DNA of 63,232 nucleotides, filler included, from Octopus bimaculoides (lineage: Eukaryota): assembly GCF_001194135.2 (NCBI RefSeq). It is 4 parts of 4 records of this genome, joined end to end, with 100 filler letters (N's around TTAATTAATTAA, not from the genome) between each part and the next. Parts side by side here need not be neighbours in the genome. Positions count along the whole stretch, not along the records: positions 1 to 29,375 come from NC_068982.1; positions 29,476 to 42,650 come from NC_068993.1; 2 more parts are not named here. The stretch is one strand, 5' to 3'. Position 1 is the first letter of the stretch. Every line of letters starts with the position of its first letter. Shown here in pieces: positions 25,392 through 38,094 of this stretch. The notes beneath the pieces are model-generated. The model saw nothing but the letters and a program-made list of their open reading frames with translations, searched no databases and was not told the DNA's origin. Both the position numbers and the translations under genes were made by a program.

Positions 25392-26212
25392 GAAAATTCT
25401 TTTGAAGGAAACAAGTAGTCACGAGATGTTAGTTGCGGAGAGATTTTTCATAAAAAATTTGGTAATAAAAAAATTATTAAACTAAAATCTTGATTCTGTG
25501 CCTTATTTATATATAAACTACTACAATTAGCCATCATTTCTGACGGCACGTGTTCAGCTAGTATTATAGTAAAGTACCGCTTTATATAAGAATTAATACA
25601 ACAACTAAAGTCTCTTTTTTATGTAGGTTTTGAAATATTTTCCTAACTTCAAAACAAAACTTAGCCTTTTATATACAGCTTCTTATAACGGCGATTTCTG
25701 AAGTGGAACATTAATAAAGCTTATTAAAACTCTATAATCTGAAGTGGATTTTTCTATTATTAGTTACTTAAAATAAAGGATTCTGAAGTGGAATATTCCA
25801 GTATTTCAATGTAGAAACATAGTGTACAATACTTTCTAGTTCCATCAGTCATCTGCAAGATCTTATGTGTCACATGTTATGTTGAGCGCACTTGGATCTC
25901 ATTGACCAATCTCCTCGACGCTCTACTGTTTTGCATTATCTCTACATGGTTATTATATTTTTTTACATATGTGTCCTCCAGCAATAATGGCAAATATATA
26001 TATATACTACAAGATCTATCTCTTCTTTTGTCTAGTTTCTATAGTAATAGTTGACGTACAGCTACATCTTTTCTTCACGCAAATTTAAGTCTGCGTTGTT
26101 TGATGGTTTCTTTTAATAGCGGCATATTTCCACATGTACGTGTAAAATCTTGTTCGGTTAACAAGATCTTACATTAACATAAAATATAAAGTTCTCGAAA
26201 ACAAATTCACTA

Positions 26213-26390
26213 GTGCTACTACTACCACTACTACTACTACTACTACCACCACCACCACCACCACCACTACTACTACTACTACTACTGCTACTACTGTTGC
26301 TGCTGCCACCAACACCACCACTACTACTACCACCACTACCACTGCTGCTGCTGCTACTACTAGTAGTAGATGATGACACATATACTTCAC
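26213..26390. repeat. Compound (CTA/CCA/CTG)n trinucleotide tract
   Basis: Read directly from the sequence. Confidence 0.9.
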
Positions 26391-27117
26391 CACTATCCAT
26401 ACACACTCCCTACACACACAGACACACACACACACACATTAACATACACTCAGATAAATGTGCAGATTGCTTTTATTGTATATATGTGCAGGCGGTATGC
26501 CAGAGAATGTTGACCTTTGTCCATTTGCCTGTCTCCGTCTTTCTGTCTCTGTCTCTCTCTCCACCTCTCCCTATCTGTCTATATACCTGTCTGTCTCTTT
26601 GTTTTGTGTGTATGCATGTATGTATGTATGTATGTATGTATGGATGTATATACCTGTGATTTGTGTCACTTCGTTATTTACATATATGATGTTGATATGT
26701 ACACATGCACATACTGAGGCAACCTTATATTTATATATATAAATATATATATTTATATATAAAAATATCCAAACTCCTTCAAAAACATTAACTGAATAAA
26801 AACTCGAGTGTATGATATGGGATCAAACATTTTGTTTTTAATGGTAAAAGTACTTTGGATATATATAAATATCGTCAAAAATATGATTTAAAAAATATGC
26901 TCTAAGAATAGATATTAGCCATGTACACACACATATACACATGCATACATACATACATACATACATACATACATACATGCATACATACTTACATACATGC
27001 ATACATACATAAGTACCAGACTTAAATACTGGGGTCGATTCATTCAACTAAAAATCCAACACGGTCACAATCTAATGACTGAAACAAATAAAAGATAAAC
27101 GATATCTATCTATCTCT

Positions 27118-27157
<40 letters not shown>

Positions 27158-27213
27158 NNNNNNNNNNNNNNNNNNNNNNNNNATATATATATATATATAT
27201 ATACTTTATTAAT

Positions 27214-27346
27214 AAAGCCGCAAAGACATCGCAAAAACTGTTACTCAGAGCTTCACGTTCCCGTTCGTCGGACACTCAACCAAAACTGTCCGACGAACGG
27301 GAATGTATAACTTTGAGTAACAGTTTTTGTGACATCTTTGCAGCTT
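27214..27346. repeat. Imperfect foldback (about 60-bp arms, 12-nt loop)
   Basis: The arm ...AAAAACTGTTACTCAGAGCTTCACGTTCCCGTTCGTCGGACA pairs with TGTCCGACGAACGGGAATGTATAACTTTGAGTAACAGTTTTT... Confidence 0.9.
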
Positions 27347-27399
27347 AATTTTTTACACCTTGTTTCACATTTGTGAGCTTACTATGATGTGTATGTATG

Positions 27400-27950
27400 T
27401 GTGTGTTTGAAAAAGGAAAAGAATGACTTCACTGGTAGTTCTAATCAATTTAATTTTTTAATAGTATAATTTTACTGTTTGGTTTGCCAGATCTGGTAAG
27501 TTCTTTGTTAACTTCGGTGAGAAATTCTTTTCAAAGATTCCTTGTTAACTTTTCTGGAGAACCTTCTTGCATTCGTTGGTGGCGATTGTCAAACTGATCT
27601 CAGGTTGTGTTGTGCTGTGTGGTTCTCTATATATAGATTTGGATGTGTCTGGGGTGGGGTTAGGGTTTGTTAATAAGTGTAGGACTACAGGAGTGTTGAT
27701 GAAGAAGAGCTGAAAGAAAACAGTGAATGGTAAAAACAAGATAATTGATTAAGGATGGAGTTGGGAGGTGGTGGGGTGTTTAAGGAATATTTTATGAAGG
27801 TCTTGCGAAGGTGCCGTCCTGCTGGTTCCATTTGGATAGTTGACCTTTGATAAAAAATATAATGGTCAAATGTTTTTCAAATTCTTTTCTTATGGCTCAA
27901 TCAACTATCTTCATTTTATAAAGTGAAGTTTCAGTCATTTTCTATTTTAA
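27400..27950 (-). mobile_element. Possible decayed retroelement ORF (Penelope-like by context)
   Basis: Broken minus-strand coding-like pieces (RSTIQMEPAGRHLRKTFIKY; NPTPDTSKSIY) next to the foldback. No catalytic motif recognised. Confidence 0.3.
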
Positions 27951-29419
27951 AGATGAGTGTGTTTAGTGGTGGTGATGGAGGCGGTTATTAATGAGGTGTA
28001 AGATACATGTCTTTTGATAAAAAAAAAAGGGATAATAGCAGAGAGAAAAAGAATAAGGTTAATTTTGGAATGTTTGTTGATAGAAATGTATTTTTAATAT
28101 TGGTTTGGGAGGGGAGGTAGGGGGGATAATGCTAGCTCCTTCCTTTGCCAGCAAGTTTGTAATGTTATCATCATACAATATTTCTTTAATCTCTGTCCAA
28201 GTATAATTACTCACGTTTGATTTAAAATAGAAATATCCAGTGTTAATAAGTCATGTAAGTTATCAGCATATAATATTTTTCAATCCAAGAATAAATACTC
28301 ATATCGGATTTAAATGTGAAATAGCAAGTATTAATAAGGCAAGTTGTTCCAAAAATATCCACAATATGTATTAGAATTAGTTTATCAAGATATAACATTT
28401 TCTAATCCCTATCCAAGTAGAAATAGTCACATCGAATCTAAATGTGAAATATCGAGTGCACTGTAACTAATTTAATTAGATCCATTCCACGAACAGCTAT
28501 TTGAATAACTAATGTCGATATCTCTAACTTATGTCACTGGAAAATTGAACTTTAAAATTTACAACGTTTATCCTATAAATTGAAAGATGTCCTACAGTGT
28601 ATATTGCCTAAATGACCGAATGAATGAATGTAATAAGAGTTTTCACCGGGCGTGCGTCCGCATGAAGAACTTTCGTTATTTAAAAACGTTACTGTTTCTT
28701 TTTCTTCTGAAAATTACATAAGTTGTGTGTAACATCGAAATTTAAGTTTTACATTATAGTAATTCCAGTTATTTGCGAGGTTCCCCTGCGAACTTGCAGA
28801 GGCTTAGCGCCGGCCCTGCTATAAAAGAATTTATGGTTTAGGGTTAGTATTTAGCGAGTATGTTGTTATTGTAAATATTTACCAAATTTTTATCCAGTCA
28901 CAATTATGTTTATCAGCAACCAATCTTTGTGTGAAAGTGTTGGTGTGAATGCACGCGCGACAGGACCGTACACAGAAATTTTGTTTCAGAAAAGTACTTC
29001 TTTATATACTTTGCTCTCAGTTCATTGGATTAATCCCAACAAAATACTACAAGCTTAGTCACTGACTCAGCACTTATGTTTGTTGTTCTTCATTCCAAAA
29101 TAAAAACTTTAACATACTTCTAAAATGGAACTTCGTCCATGTGTATCCGCATGCGTATATGTGCAGGTGTCTGTGTGTATGTGTGTGTGGGGGGGGGGAG
29201 AAAAGCAATTACGGAAATGTATTCATAAAAACTGTATCAAAATAAGTTATCTTTATGTACCATCTTTGCAATTCTCCATATAAATGATAGCAAAGTGTGA
29301 ATCAAATAAAATTAAAATCCAGGTTCAGTGATAGATCGATCAAGTTAGTAAAGTCTTATCGTTTTTGATAGCGACNNNNNNNNNNNNNNNNNNNNNNNNN
29401 NNNNNNNNNNNNNNNNNNN

Positions 29420-29431
29420 TTAATTAATTAA
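29420..29431. other. Artificial scaffold linker TTAATTAATTAA in a 100-nt gap (44N+12+44N)
   Basis: Identical 44N-12-44N layout at 42695-42706 and 53827-53838; the 12-mer has stops in all six frames. Confidence 0.9.
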
Positions 29432-29630
29432 NNNNNNNNNNNNNNNNNNNNNNNNNNNNNNNNNNNNNNNNNNNNCAAACTTCCAGTAGCTTTTTACGAT
29501 AAATTTCTCTTTGTTCAAAGCTAAGTCTGACTCCCTTCGTTATTTCTAAGGGACTAAATCTGAAATTAGAATTAAGTGAATTAGCAGTTTCTAAAATGTC
29601 GATACATTTTTAGACACTTTATACACATAT

Positions 29631-29691
<61 letters not shown>

Positions 29692-30873
29692 CATGTGTAT
29701 ACATGTGTATATGCATATATAAGTGCATATAATTTTTTATACTTACATAGCTATGCATATACATTTGCAATATGAAAATGTTACATCTACAGCCAGAATT
29801 AATAGAAATGGAGTTAATCCCACCTGGCAAAGCAAAAACCATATTCGTCATTCGTGGAACTTTACGACTCTATCCAATAAATTCTTCTAAACCAATCAGT
29901 GATTAGCGTGATGCTATATTGACAGACACGCCTAATTTCTGAGCACATCAGTTGCTGACAGAGCAAAAATTGTATGGAAGTAGATTTTATGTCGTCAATT
30001 TCTAACAACCAACAACAGTTTGGCATTTTGCTATATTAGCAAGCATGACTATTCGCTTAAAATGAATAACAATACCAGTAGCAATGCGCATGGCCATTTC
30101 CAAAATTCCTATATAAGCACGAAAAACATGAAGCGGTAATATTCATTACTACAGTGTAATTGTAATAACTTTATTCTTTGCCCTATTAATGGTAAGTATC
30201 TCGCCATAATATTTGCCTAAAATGCAAATGTTTTTTTAGGAGGTGACGAAGACAAATGGGGAGTCAGTGTGTCACACAGCCTGTTATCTCAGCCATATCT
30301 CCTTGAAATCATGCCATACTCTTTTGAAAAGGTGTTATATGGGATAACTTAAAGCTTCGATGCCATTAAAAGATATCTAAAACTCACGTTATCTCACGTC
30401 TCTCATCATAGATTTGCTTGGTACTTTGTGATTTGGGCTAAACAACTGCAACAACAATGGCATGTCATTCGTCATCCGAAGCAAATCTTAACAAAATAAA
30501 ATGGAATTAATTTCAATCTGTCGCCACATCCCCAAATTCTTGCTCATGAACTTTTAGACAGAGCCTCCTTATGCATGACGGAAACATTCGAAGCCAGAAA
30601 CCATGCGAAGACTATCGGATGATGCCAGTTAGTGTTAAAGCCTTTCAACCATTAACTGTTATTACTTGGAACGCACTGATGAGTATAACCGGCTATACAG
30701 GGTTGGCTGCACGAAACTTTCAGGTATTGCTATATAATCCGGCTTAACATACAGAGGGAAGGAAAGTGAAAGAGAGTAATACGCACACACGCACACACAC
30801 ACACATATATATATGTATTTACATCCGTGTTCGCATATATATATGTGTGTGTGTGTATGTATATACATATATA

Positions 30874-30910
<37 letters not shown>

Positions 30911-32399
30911 NNNNNNNNNNNNNNNNNNNNNNNNNNNNNNNNNNNNNNNNNNNNNNNNNNNNNNNNNNNNNNNNNNNNNNNNNNNNNNNNNNNNNNNNNN
31001 NNNNNNNNNNNNNNNNNNNNNNNNNNNNNNNNNNNNNNNNNNNNNNNNNNNNNNNNNNNNNNNNNNNNNNNNNNNNNNNNNNNNNNNNNNNNNNNNNNNN
31101 NNNNNNNNNNNNNNNNNNNNNNNNNNNNNNNNNNNNNNNNNNNNNNNNNNNNNNNNNNNNNNNNNNNNNNNNNNNNNNNNNNNNNNNNNNNNNNNNNNNN
31201 NNNNNNNNNNNNNNNNNNNNNNNNNNNNNNNNNNNNNNNNNNNNNNNNNNNNNNNNNNNNNNNNNNNNNNNNNNNNNNNNNNNNNNNNNNNNNNNNNNNN
31301 NNNNNNNNNNNNNNNNNNNNNNNNNNNNNNNNNNNNNNNNNNNNNNNNNNNNNNNNNNNNNNNNNNNNNNNNNNNNNNNNNNNNNNNNNNNNNNNNNNNN
31401 NNNNNNNNNNNNNNNNNNNNNNNNNNNNNNNNNNNNNNNNNNNNNNNNNNNNNNNNNNNNNNNNNNNNNNNNNNNNNNNNNNNNNNNNNNNNNNNNNNNN
31501 NATATATAGGTGTATGTATATGATTCGTAATTTTATCAGATATTTTATCGGCAGTCCCGCTCTCACTCACTCTATCTTCCCCCTCCCTCTCTCTCTCTCC
31601 CTTACTCTCTCCCTCTCTTGCCCAAATATCATTTTATCCCCTCCTCCTCCCACCCATCCATACACCTAGCCATCCATCTATCCATCTTTCTCTCTACAAC
31701 AGACACAAACATCAAATATATTTTGCTCACCTCATTGCATCCTATTTCTCGCTTGGCTCACGTTTCTAACTTTTTACCTCCCGAACGCTTTGCTCCCCAC
31801 CTCTCCCTGTCCCCACCTCTCTCCCTCCTGACTCTCCTTCTCTTTTTAATTCTCTCTCTAATTTACATTTCTTCTCTTTTCTCCCGCCATCTCTTTATCT
31901 ACTCTTATTTCTATCCTTCTCATTATTGCTCTTTCGCTTTATTTCATTCACTATCTCTCTACTCTTGTATCTCTCTACCCCTTCTCTCTCTCTTTTTCTC
32001 TCTCTCTCTTTCTCACTCTCTCTCTCTCTACTTACCTACCTGCCTATCAACCTCGTCTACAAGTACATCATGTGATCGATAACCATTCTATGTTCCAAAA
32101 ATCCTTTCACCAGACAAACTGCTGCAATGTCAACGAAACTGGGCAGCCATTTTGTTCAGCCTTTAGTTTTGGAGGTGTGCAACGCTTTTCTGAATTGTTT
32201 CCTAGTTATGTAGTCTTGTATTTATTTATTTATTTATTTATTCATTTATAGTTTCCGCAAAACGTAGCCAAGGAAACAGCATGAAACAAACATGAGACGT
32301 CCATCCTTCCAGCACCTCCTCTACCTCCAAACACACACACATTCTACCAACTCCGTGGACACCATTCATACAAGAAACAGTGAAAAGAGCAATAACACC

Positions 32400-32417
32400 A
32401 TTTAACTACTACTACTG

Positions 32418-32500
<83 letters not shown>

Positions 32501-32504
32501 ACTG

Positions 32505-32538
<34 letters not shown>

Positions 32539-32818
32539 AATTACCACCACCACTGCGGCTGCTACTACTAATACTACCACAATTACTGCTACTACTACTT
32601 CCAAAACTACCACTACCATTATTACAACCACCACTGCTGCTACTGCTGCTACTTCTACTACTACTACTACCACTACTACTACTACTGTTAATACAACTAT
32701 AGCTACTACGACTACAACCATCACCACCACTACAACTACTACTAATACCATTGTTACAGCTACGGTTAAAATTGCATCTGCTGCTACCATTATTCTCTTT
32801 CTCCCTCCACCTCTCCGC

Positions 32819-32870
<52 letters not shown>
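32400..32870. repeat. Degenerate (CTA/CTG/CCA)n tract followed by (CT)n
   Basis: Read directly from the sequence. Confidence 0.9.
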
Positions 32871-33083
32871 ATCTNNNNNNNNNNNNNNNNNNNNNNNNNN
32901 NNNNNNNNNNNNNNNNNNNNTTCATACACATATATTTCATTCTTCGTCCCTGCTTAACATATAAAAAATAAAAACAATGACATATTTTGTTATTTTAGTT
33001 TCCCTAACCAAAGAGATGTCTTCACACCTAAGCTACAGACATTCTAAATTGCTGTGTAATCAGGTTGTTTTACTTCAACTGTG

Positions 33084-33123
33084 TTCCGCTGAAGAGGTCT
33101 AACACAGCCGAAACATCATTGGA
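33084..33123 (+). ncRNA. Degenerate minimal hammerhead-like motif (Penelope-type remnant)
   Basis: CTGAAGA-GG(tctaacacag)CC-GAAAC-ATC. The core is present, but stem III (ACAT rather than ACGT) and stem I are imperfect. Confidence 0.35.
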
Positions 33124-33237
33124 GTTATCCTCATATCACTAAAAATCATATTCAGTTCTCATCTGTGTTAATTTATGTGAATTATTGGTCAACAGATATT
33201 TCAACACCACTCTCTCCTCCTCTCTCTCTCTCTCTGC

Positions 33238-33324
<87 letters not shown>

Positions 33325-33874
33325 ATTTATTGTGTGATCATAATTTTATTTATGAATTATCGCCACATTAGTGCCATGATCGCGGTACATTAAATATTAT
33401 TTCCAACCCACCACTTGAAATGTGTTACCCTGCATTACATTAGACACACATACACACACGCACACACACATACACACATACACATATATTTTCTATTCTT
33501 ATGTATATATGTGTAAACGTCTGTATATATAAGCAGATAGATAGATAGATAGGTTTATGTGTGTGTATAGTATATATATATATATATGTACGTATGGATG
33601 GATGTATTTATGTATGTGTGTGTGTATATATATATATATAGAGAGAGAGAGAGAAAGAGAGAGAGAGAATGAAAGAGAGACTGACAGACAATCAGACAGA
33701 CAGACCATGCGGGTGGTATTTTTGGACTTATTTCAACAAAACATTTGCGCATGTTCTCGATAAACTTTCTTATAAGTTATACTGTGAATCTACCTTCAGC
33801 TTCGATGACCACATCAATGCGGGGCCGAGATCATTGACATGTCTGCACTAAATGTCCCTTCTTCAGTGGAGCAC

Positions 33875-34020
33875 TCCGTCGGTTACGACGACGAGCGTCC
33901 CAGCTGATACGATCAACGGAACAGCTCGCTCGTGAAATTAACGTGCAAGTGACTGAGCACTCCACAGACACGTGTACCCCGAACGTTGTTCCCGGGGAGA
34001 GTCAGCGTCACAGAAAATCG
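33875..34020 (-). mobile_element. SINE family 2 fragment
   Basis: TCCGTCGGTTACGACGACGAG...GATCAACGGAACAGC...CACTCCACAGACACGTGTACCC. Confidence 0.75.
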
Positions 34021-35757
34021 GGAACTTATTCGCACGTTTATCCCAGTTACTCTCAGCAACGGCACTCACTTTGGATTTCTCTCCATAAGCATCACCAATA
34101 TCATACGCATGATCATCATCATCGTCATAGTGTAAATCACCATCATCACCTTTTCTTATTTGTCTCCTTCTTCTCCCCCTCCTCCCCCTCCGGCCACACC
34201 ATATTTGTCTATTCAAAGCGCAGCTACTTTCTTCATTTATTCAAAGTGTCATTGATATTTTCGTAATGTCAGGTGAAGTGTTGGCGAGGCTTCAGATTCT
34301 CCTTCAAGATTCTCTGGTATCCCCGAACATAATATTTTTTTTACATTTTCCTTCCAGTTCTTTTCTTGGTGTTCTTCGAGTTTTGGTGAGGTTTTTTTAT
34401 CTGGAGTTTTATTCTCATTTTTGAATCAGTTTATTGTTTTCTGCCGTTTTTTCCCCCCGTCTATCTTAACATGAGAGACTTTTTCTATGAAGAATGTATT
34501 TCATTTGTGTGTATCTATACATAATATATATATATAGATAGATAGATAGAGGGAGAGAGAGAGAGAGAGAGAGAGAAATGTGTAGACACAAAGATAGAAC
34601 AGAATAAGTTAATACGAAACCTGTATAGAGTCTTGCGCATCAGACAGATATGTGTACGTACGCGTATGTGTTTACGGGAGCATATATATGTGTGACCATA
34701 ACTAGTCTTTCTTCGTTTATATATAAATACACGTGAATATCTTTTATTCATATATATATATATATATATATATATGCTTACATATGCATAAATCTATATG
34801 TCTGTACACACACACATATATATTTTTATGTATGTGTATGTGAACGTAAGTATATGTATACATCTGTATACATATGTATACATACGCCTATTTTGTAGGT
34901 TTGTATAGAAAATCTTGAGCTGCAATTTACAGCCGGAATCGGGTGATTCGTCAAGTTCCGTATTTTGTGAAAAGTGTCTTTGTCAAAGTATGAACTCCAG
35001 ATGGAGAATAGGTGGTACAGGTGTGTTGTTGTGTGGATAGCTGGCTGGCAGGATGAATGGATGGATGGATGAGTAAAAAGGGATCCATAGAGAACCACTG
35101 ATGATTAGAATCTTCGAAAATATGCCTTTTCGCTCGTCTATCCAGACATTTTTGGCCACCTACCAGTTTATTATTTCATGAAGTTTGTAGGAACTTGTAA
35201 AGTCTTCAGGCTTTATGCATTTCGCAAACTTAGTCATCCACCTGTCTGCTTTTAACCATTCACGGAAGTGTAGACTTTGCCTAAATGAAAAGTTCCAGAT
35301 ATTCAAACAGGTTTAATTCATCTCTTATCCAATCACCAGTAACGCTATCCAATTGCCGCTTCATGCTCTCCATGGGAAACGTCCATATCACAATTCATGG
35401 AAAAGGGCTTTAGTGACCAATTACACTCTAAATCTGTTTCCCACAAGTTTTACGATCTAGTCGCTTCTATGTGCGATAAACTTGGACCGAACTGCCTTTC
35501 TCTACACTATAATAACAAAAAAAAAAGAGGTCATCCATTAATCTGCATTAAATCTCAGCCATAAAACAACAGTAACCAATTAGAATAGAATTTACAAATG
35601 CTCTGAGGTTCGGTCACAAGAGAAACCACTGCTTTTTACAGTTATTCTCAATATTATCTGACAGGTCGTATGTACATATATTTTGTGTTTGTGGGGAAAT
35701 GGGAGTTCGGGCCGCTGTGAAACAGTAACAAAGAAGTGATTCATTGAGTGATTTCTA

Positions 35758-35832
<75 letters not shown>

Positions 35833-36782
35833 GACACATACATAACATGGAAATTCTACTTTCGCTTTACTGTCTATATTTATGTCACACACGTATTTGT
35901 CAGTCTCTATCATTCTATCTGCTCCTTTGCGCTTTCTCCTTCTCTCGCCTCTCTCGTCCCTCTCTCCCCTCCTCTCTCTCCCTCTCTCTTTCAAGCTATC
36001 TCTCAAGCCATCTCTTCATACATTTGACATGCACTGATTCTATTTTTACCCATCTTCCTAATTCATCCATCAGATTCAACAATGGATCCTTAACTATCTT
36101 TTATTTTCATATCTGTTTTTTTTACAAACCATTCTCACTCATCGTTTCCTCTCGATTCCTTTTTTTCTTCTTTGTTTTTAATATTTGCTTGTTTGTTTTT
36201 TTTTGTTTGTTTTTTTCTGTTACTCTGCTCCATTGATTGACTCTTTCTATCAATATTTTTCTCAACTTTCCTTCTTTTTTCCCTCATTCCTTCACGATTT
36301 CCAATGATCTTTTCTTCTATATTTCTTTTCCGCTGCCATTATTTTTTATTCCTCGGTCCTCATTTTACCCTTTCTTGTTTCTCTTTTTCTTTCTTATATT
36401 CTCCTTTCCTTTATAACATCATTCTGTCTTTATTTCCATTCTTCTTTCTTTATTTATTTTTCTACCATTTCTTTCATTCTTCTTTCTTCTTCTTCCATTT
36501 CTTCCTTTTTGTATTTTCCTTATTTTACCTCAATGTTATGTCCGACTCTCTTCACGAGTTATCTATCATTTTTTTATACTTTTATTTTATTGTTTCTGAA
36601 ATCCAAGTATGAATGATATCGTATTTCATCCTATCTTTCTCTTTCATTATACACATATATACATGCACACGCGCGCGCGCACGCACGCATTCACATATAT
36701 ATACATATATATATACATAGATGCTGATATATAAATTTATATATATATATATACACGCACGCATATATATATATATGCGAAC

Positions 36783-36884
<102 letters not shown>

Positions 36885-37799
36885 GTTACCGTTATGTTAT
36901 CACACGTCAGCGTTATCTGATCTTATGGTATCGTATCAACCCGAACGATGCCACGTTTTACCGGAATGTAAAACATGCTACTGGATATTATATCATAGCG
37001 CTGCATATTACGTCATACTGGTGGAAAGTATTCGGTATTATGTTTCGTTATTATTGTTTAACACTAGGCCAGTCTTGATTTCGGTGGACCTGTATTCAGA
37101 GGAATTCCGTTCATGCTCTTCACATCTTTTTTGTATATGTGCTACAACATCACGTCTTTATTTCAGACAACAATAAATAATGCATCTTCGATTTTTAAAG
37201 ACAGCTTTGCAATGATTTACAGGACGTTTGACTGCTGGTTTTATCAAGTCTAACGATCACTTAAAGGTCCCTTTCTTGTTTCAATATCATGTAATATGTA
37301 TATAAATATACGTGAGGTGATATAACTCTCTACGTATGTATATATTCTAACATGTAAATGTAGCTGACGACACCCATTGAGACAAAAATACAAGCGCGAA
37401 GTTGTCCTTTTCTTTCCAGAGAGAAATAGGTTGTCTTTTACTTAGCAAATTGGTTGTCGATTTCTTGAAATAATTTTCCATGATATTTAGAGTTGGTTCC
37501 AATGGCTGCTACAAATATGGCTACATTCTCTCGATGCGAAGATAATTTCAATGATTCAATAATTTATCTTGCATTCAAAATAATTTTCTTCGTTTTTCTG
37601 TCAAAATTTATACCACTATGGATTACTTCTCTTGGTTGAACCTTTTGATGTATGAGGAGGTGAATGTATGTATATATATATGTATATTATATATATACAT
37701 ATATATGTATATACATATATAAATACATATATATATATACATATATATATATGTAAGTATATACCTATAGATAGATATATAAATAGATAGCTCATTAGC

Positions 37800-38030
37800 G
37801 CAGGTGTGTGTGGGTGGGTGTGTGTGTGTTTGTGTGTGTGTCTTTGTTTGTCTCCCCACCGATGTTGATGCGTTTACGTTCCCGTAACTTAGCGGTTTGG
37901 CAAAAGAGACCGGTAGAATAGAGTACTAGACTTACAAAGAATAAGCCTGGGGTCGAGTTGCTCGACTAAGGGCGGTGCTCCAGCATGGCCGCAGTCAAAT
38001 GACTGAAACAAGTAAAAGAATAAAAAAATA
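37800..38030 (+). mobile_element. SINE family 1, 3' half
   Basis: GTAACTTAGCGGTTTGGCAAAAGAGACC...GGCGGTGCTCCAGCATGGCCGCAGTCAAATGACTGAAACAAG. Confidence 0.8.
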
Positions 38031-38035
38031 AAATC

Positions 38036-38094
<59 letters not shown>

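Noticed and set aside
28800-28820. CTTAGCGCCGGCCCTG, resembling a hAT-type TIR end
   Set aside because: No matching opposite TIR or TSD was found nearby.
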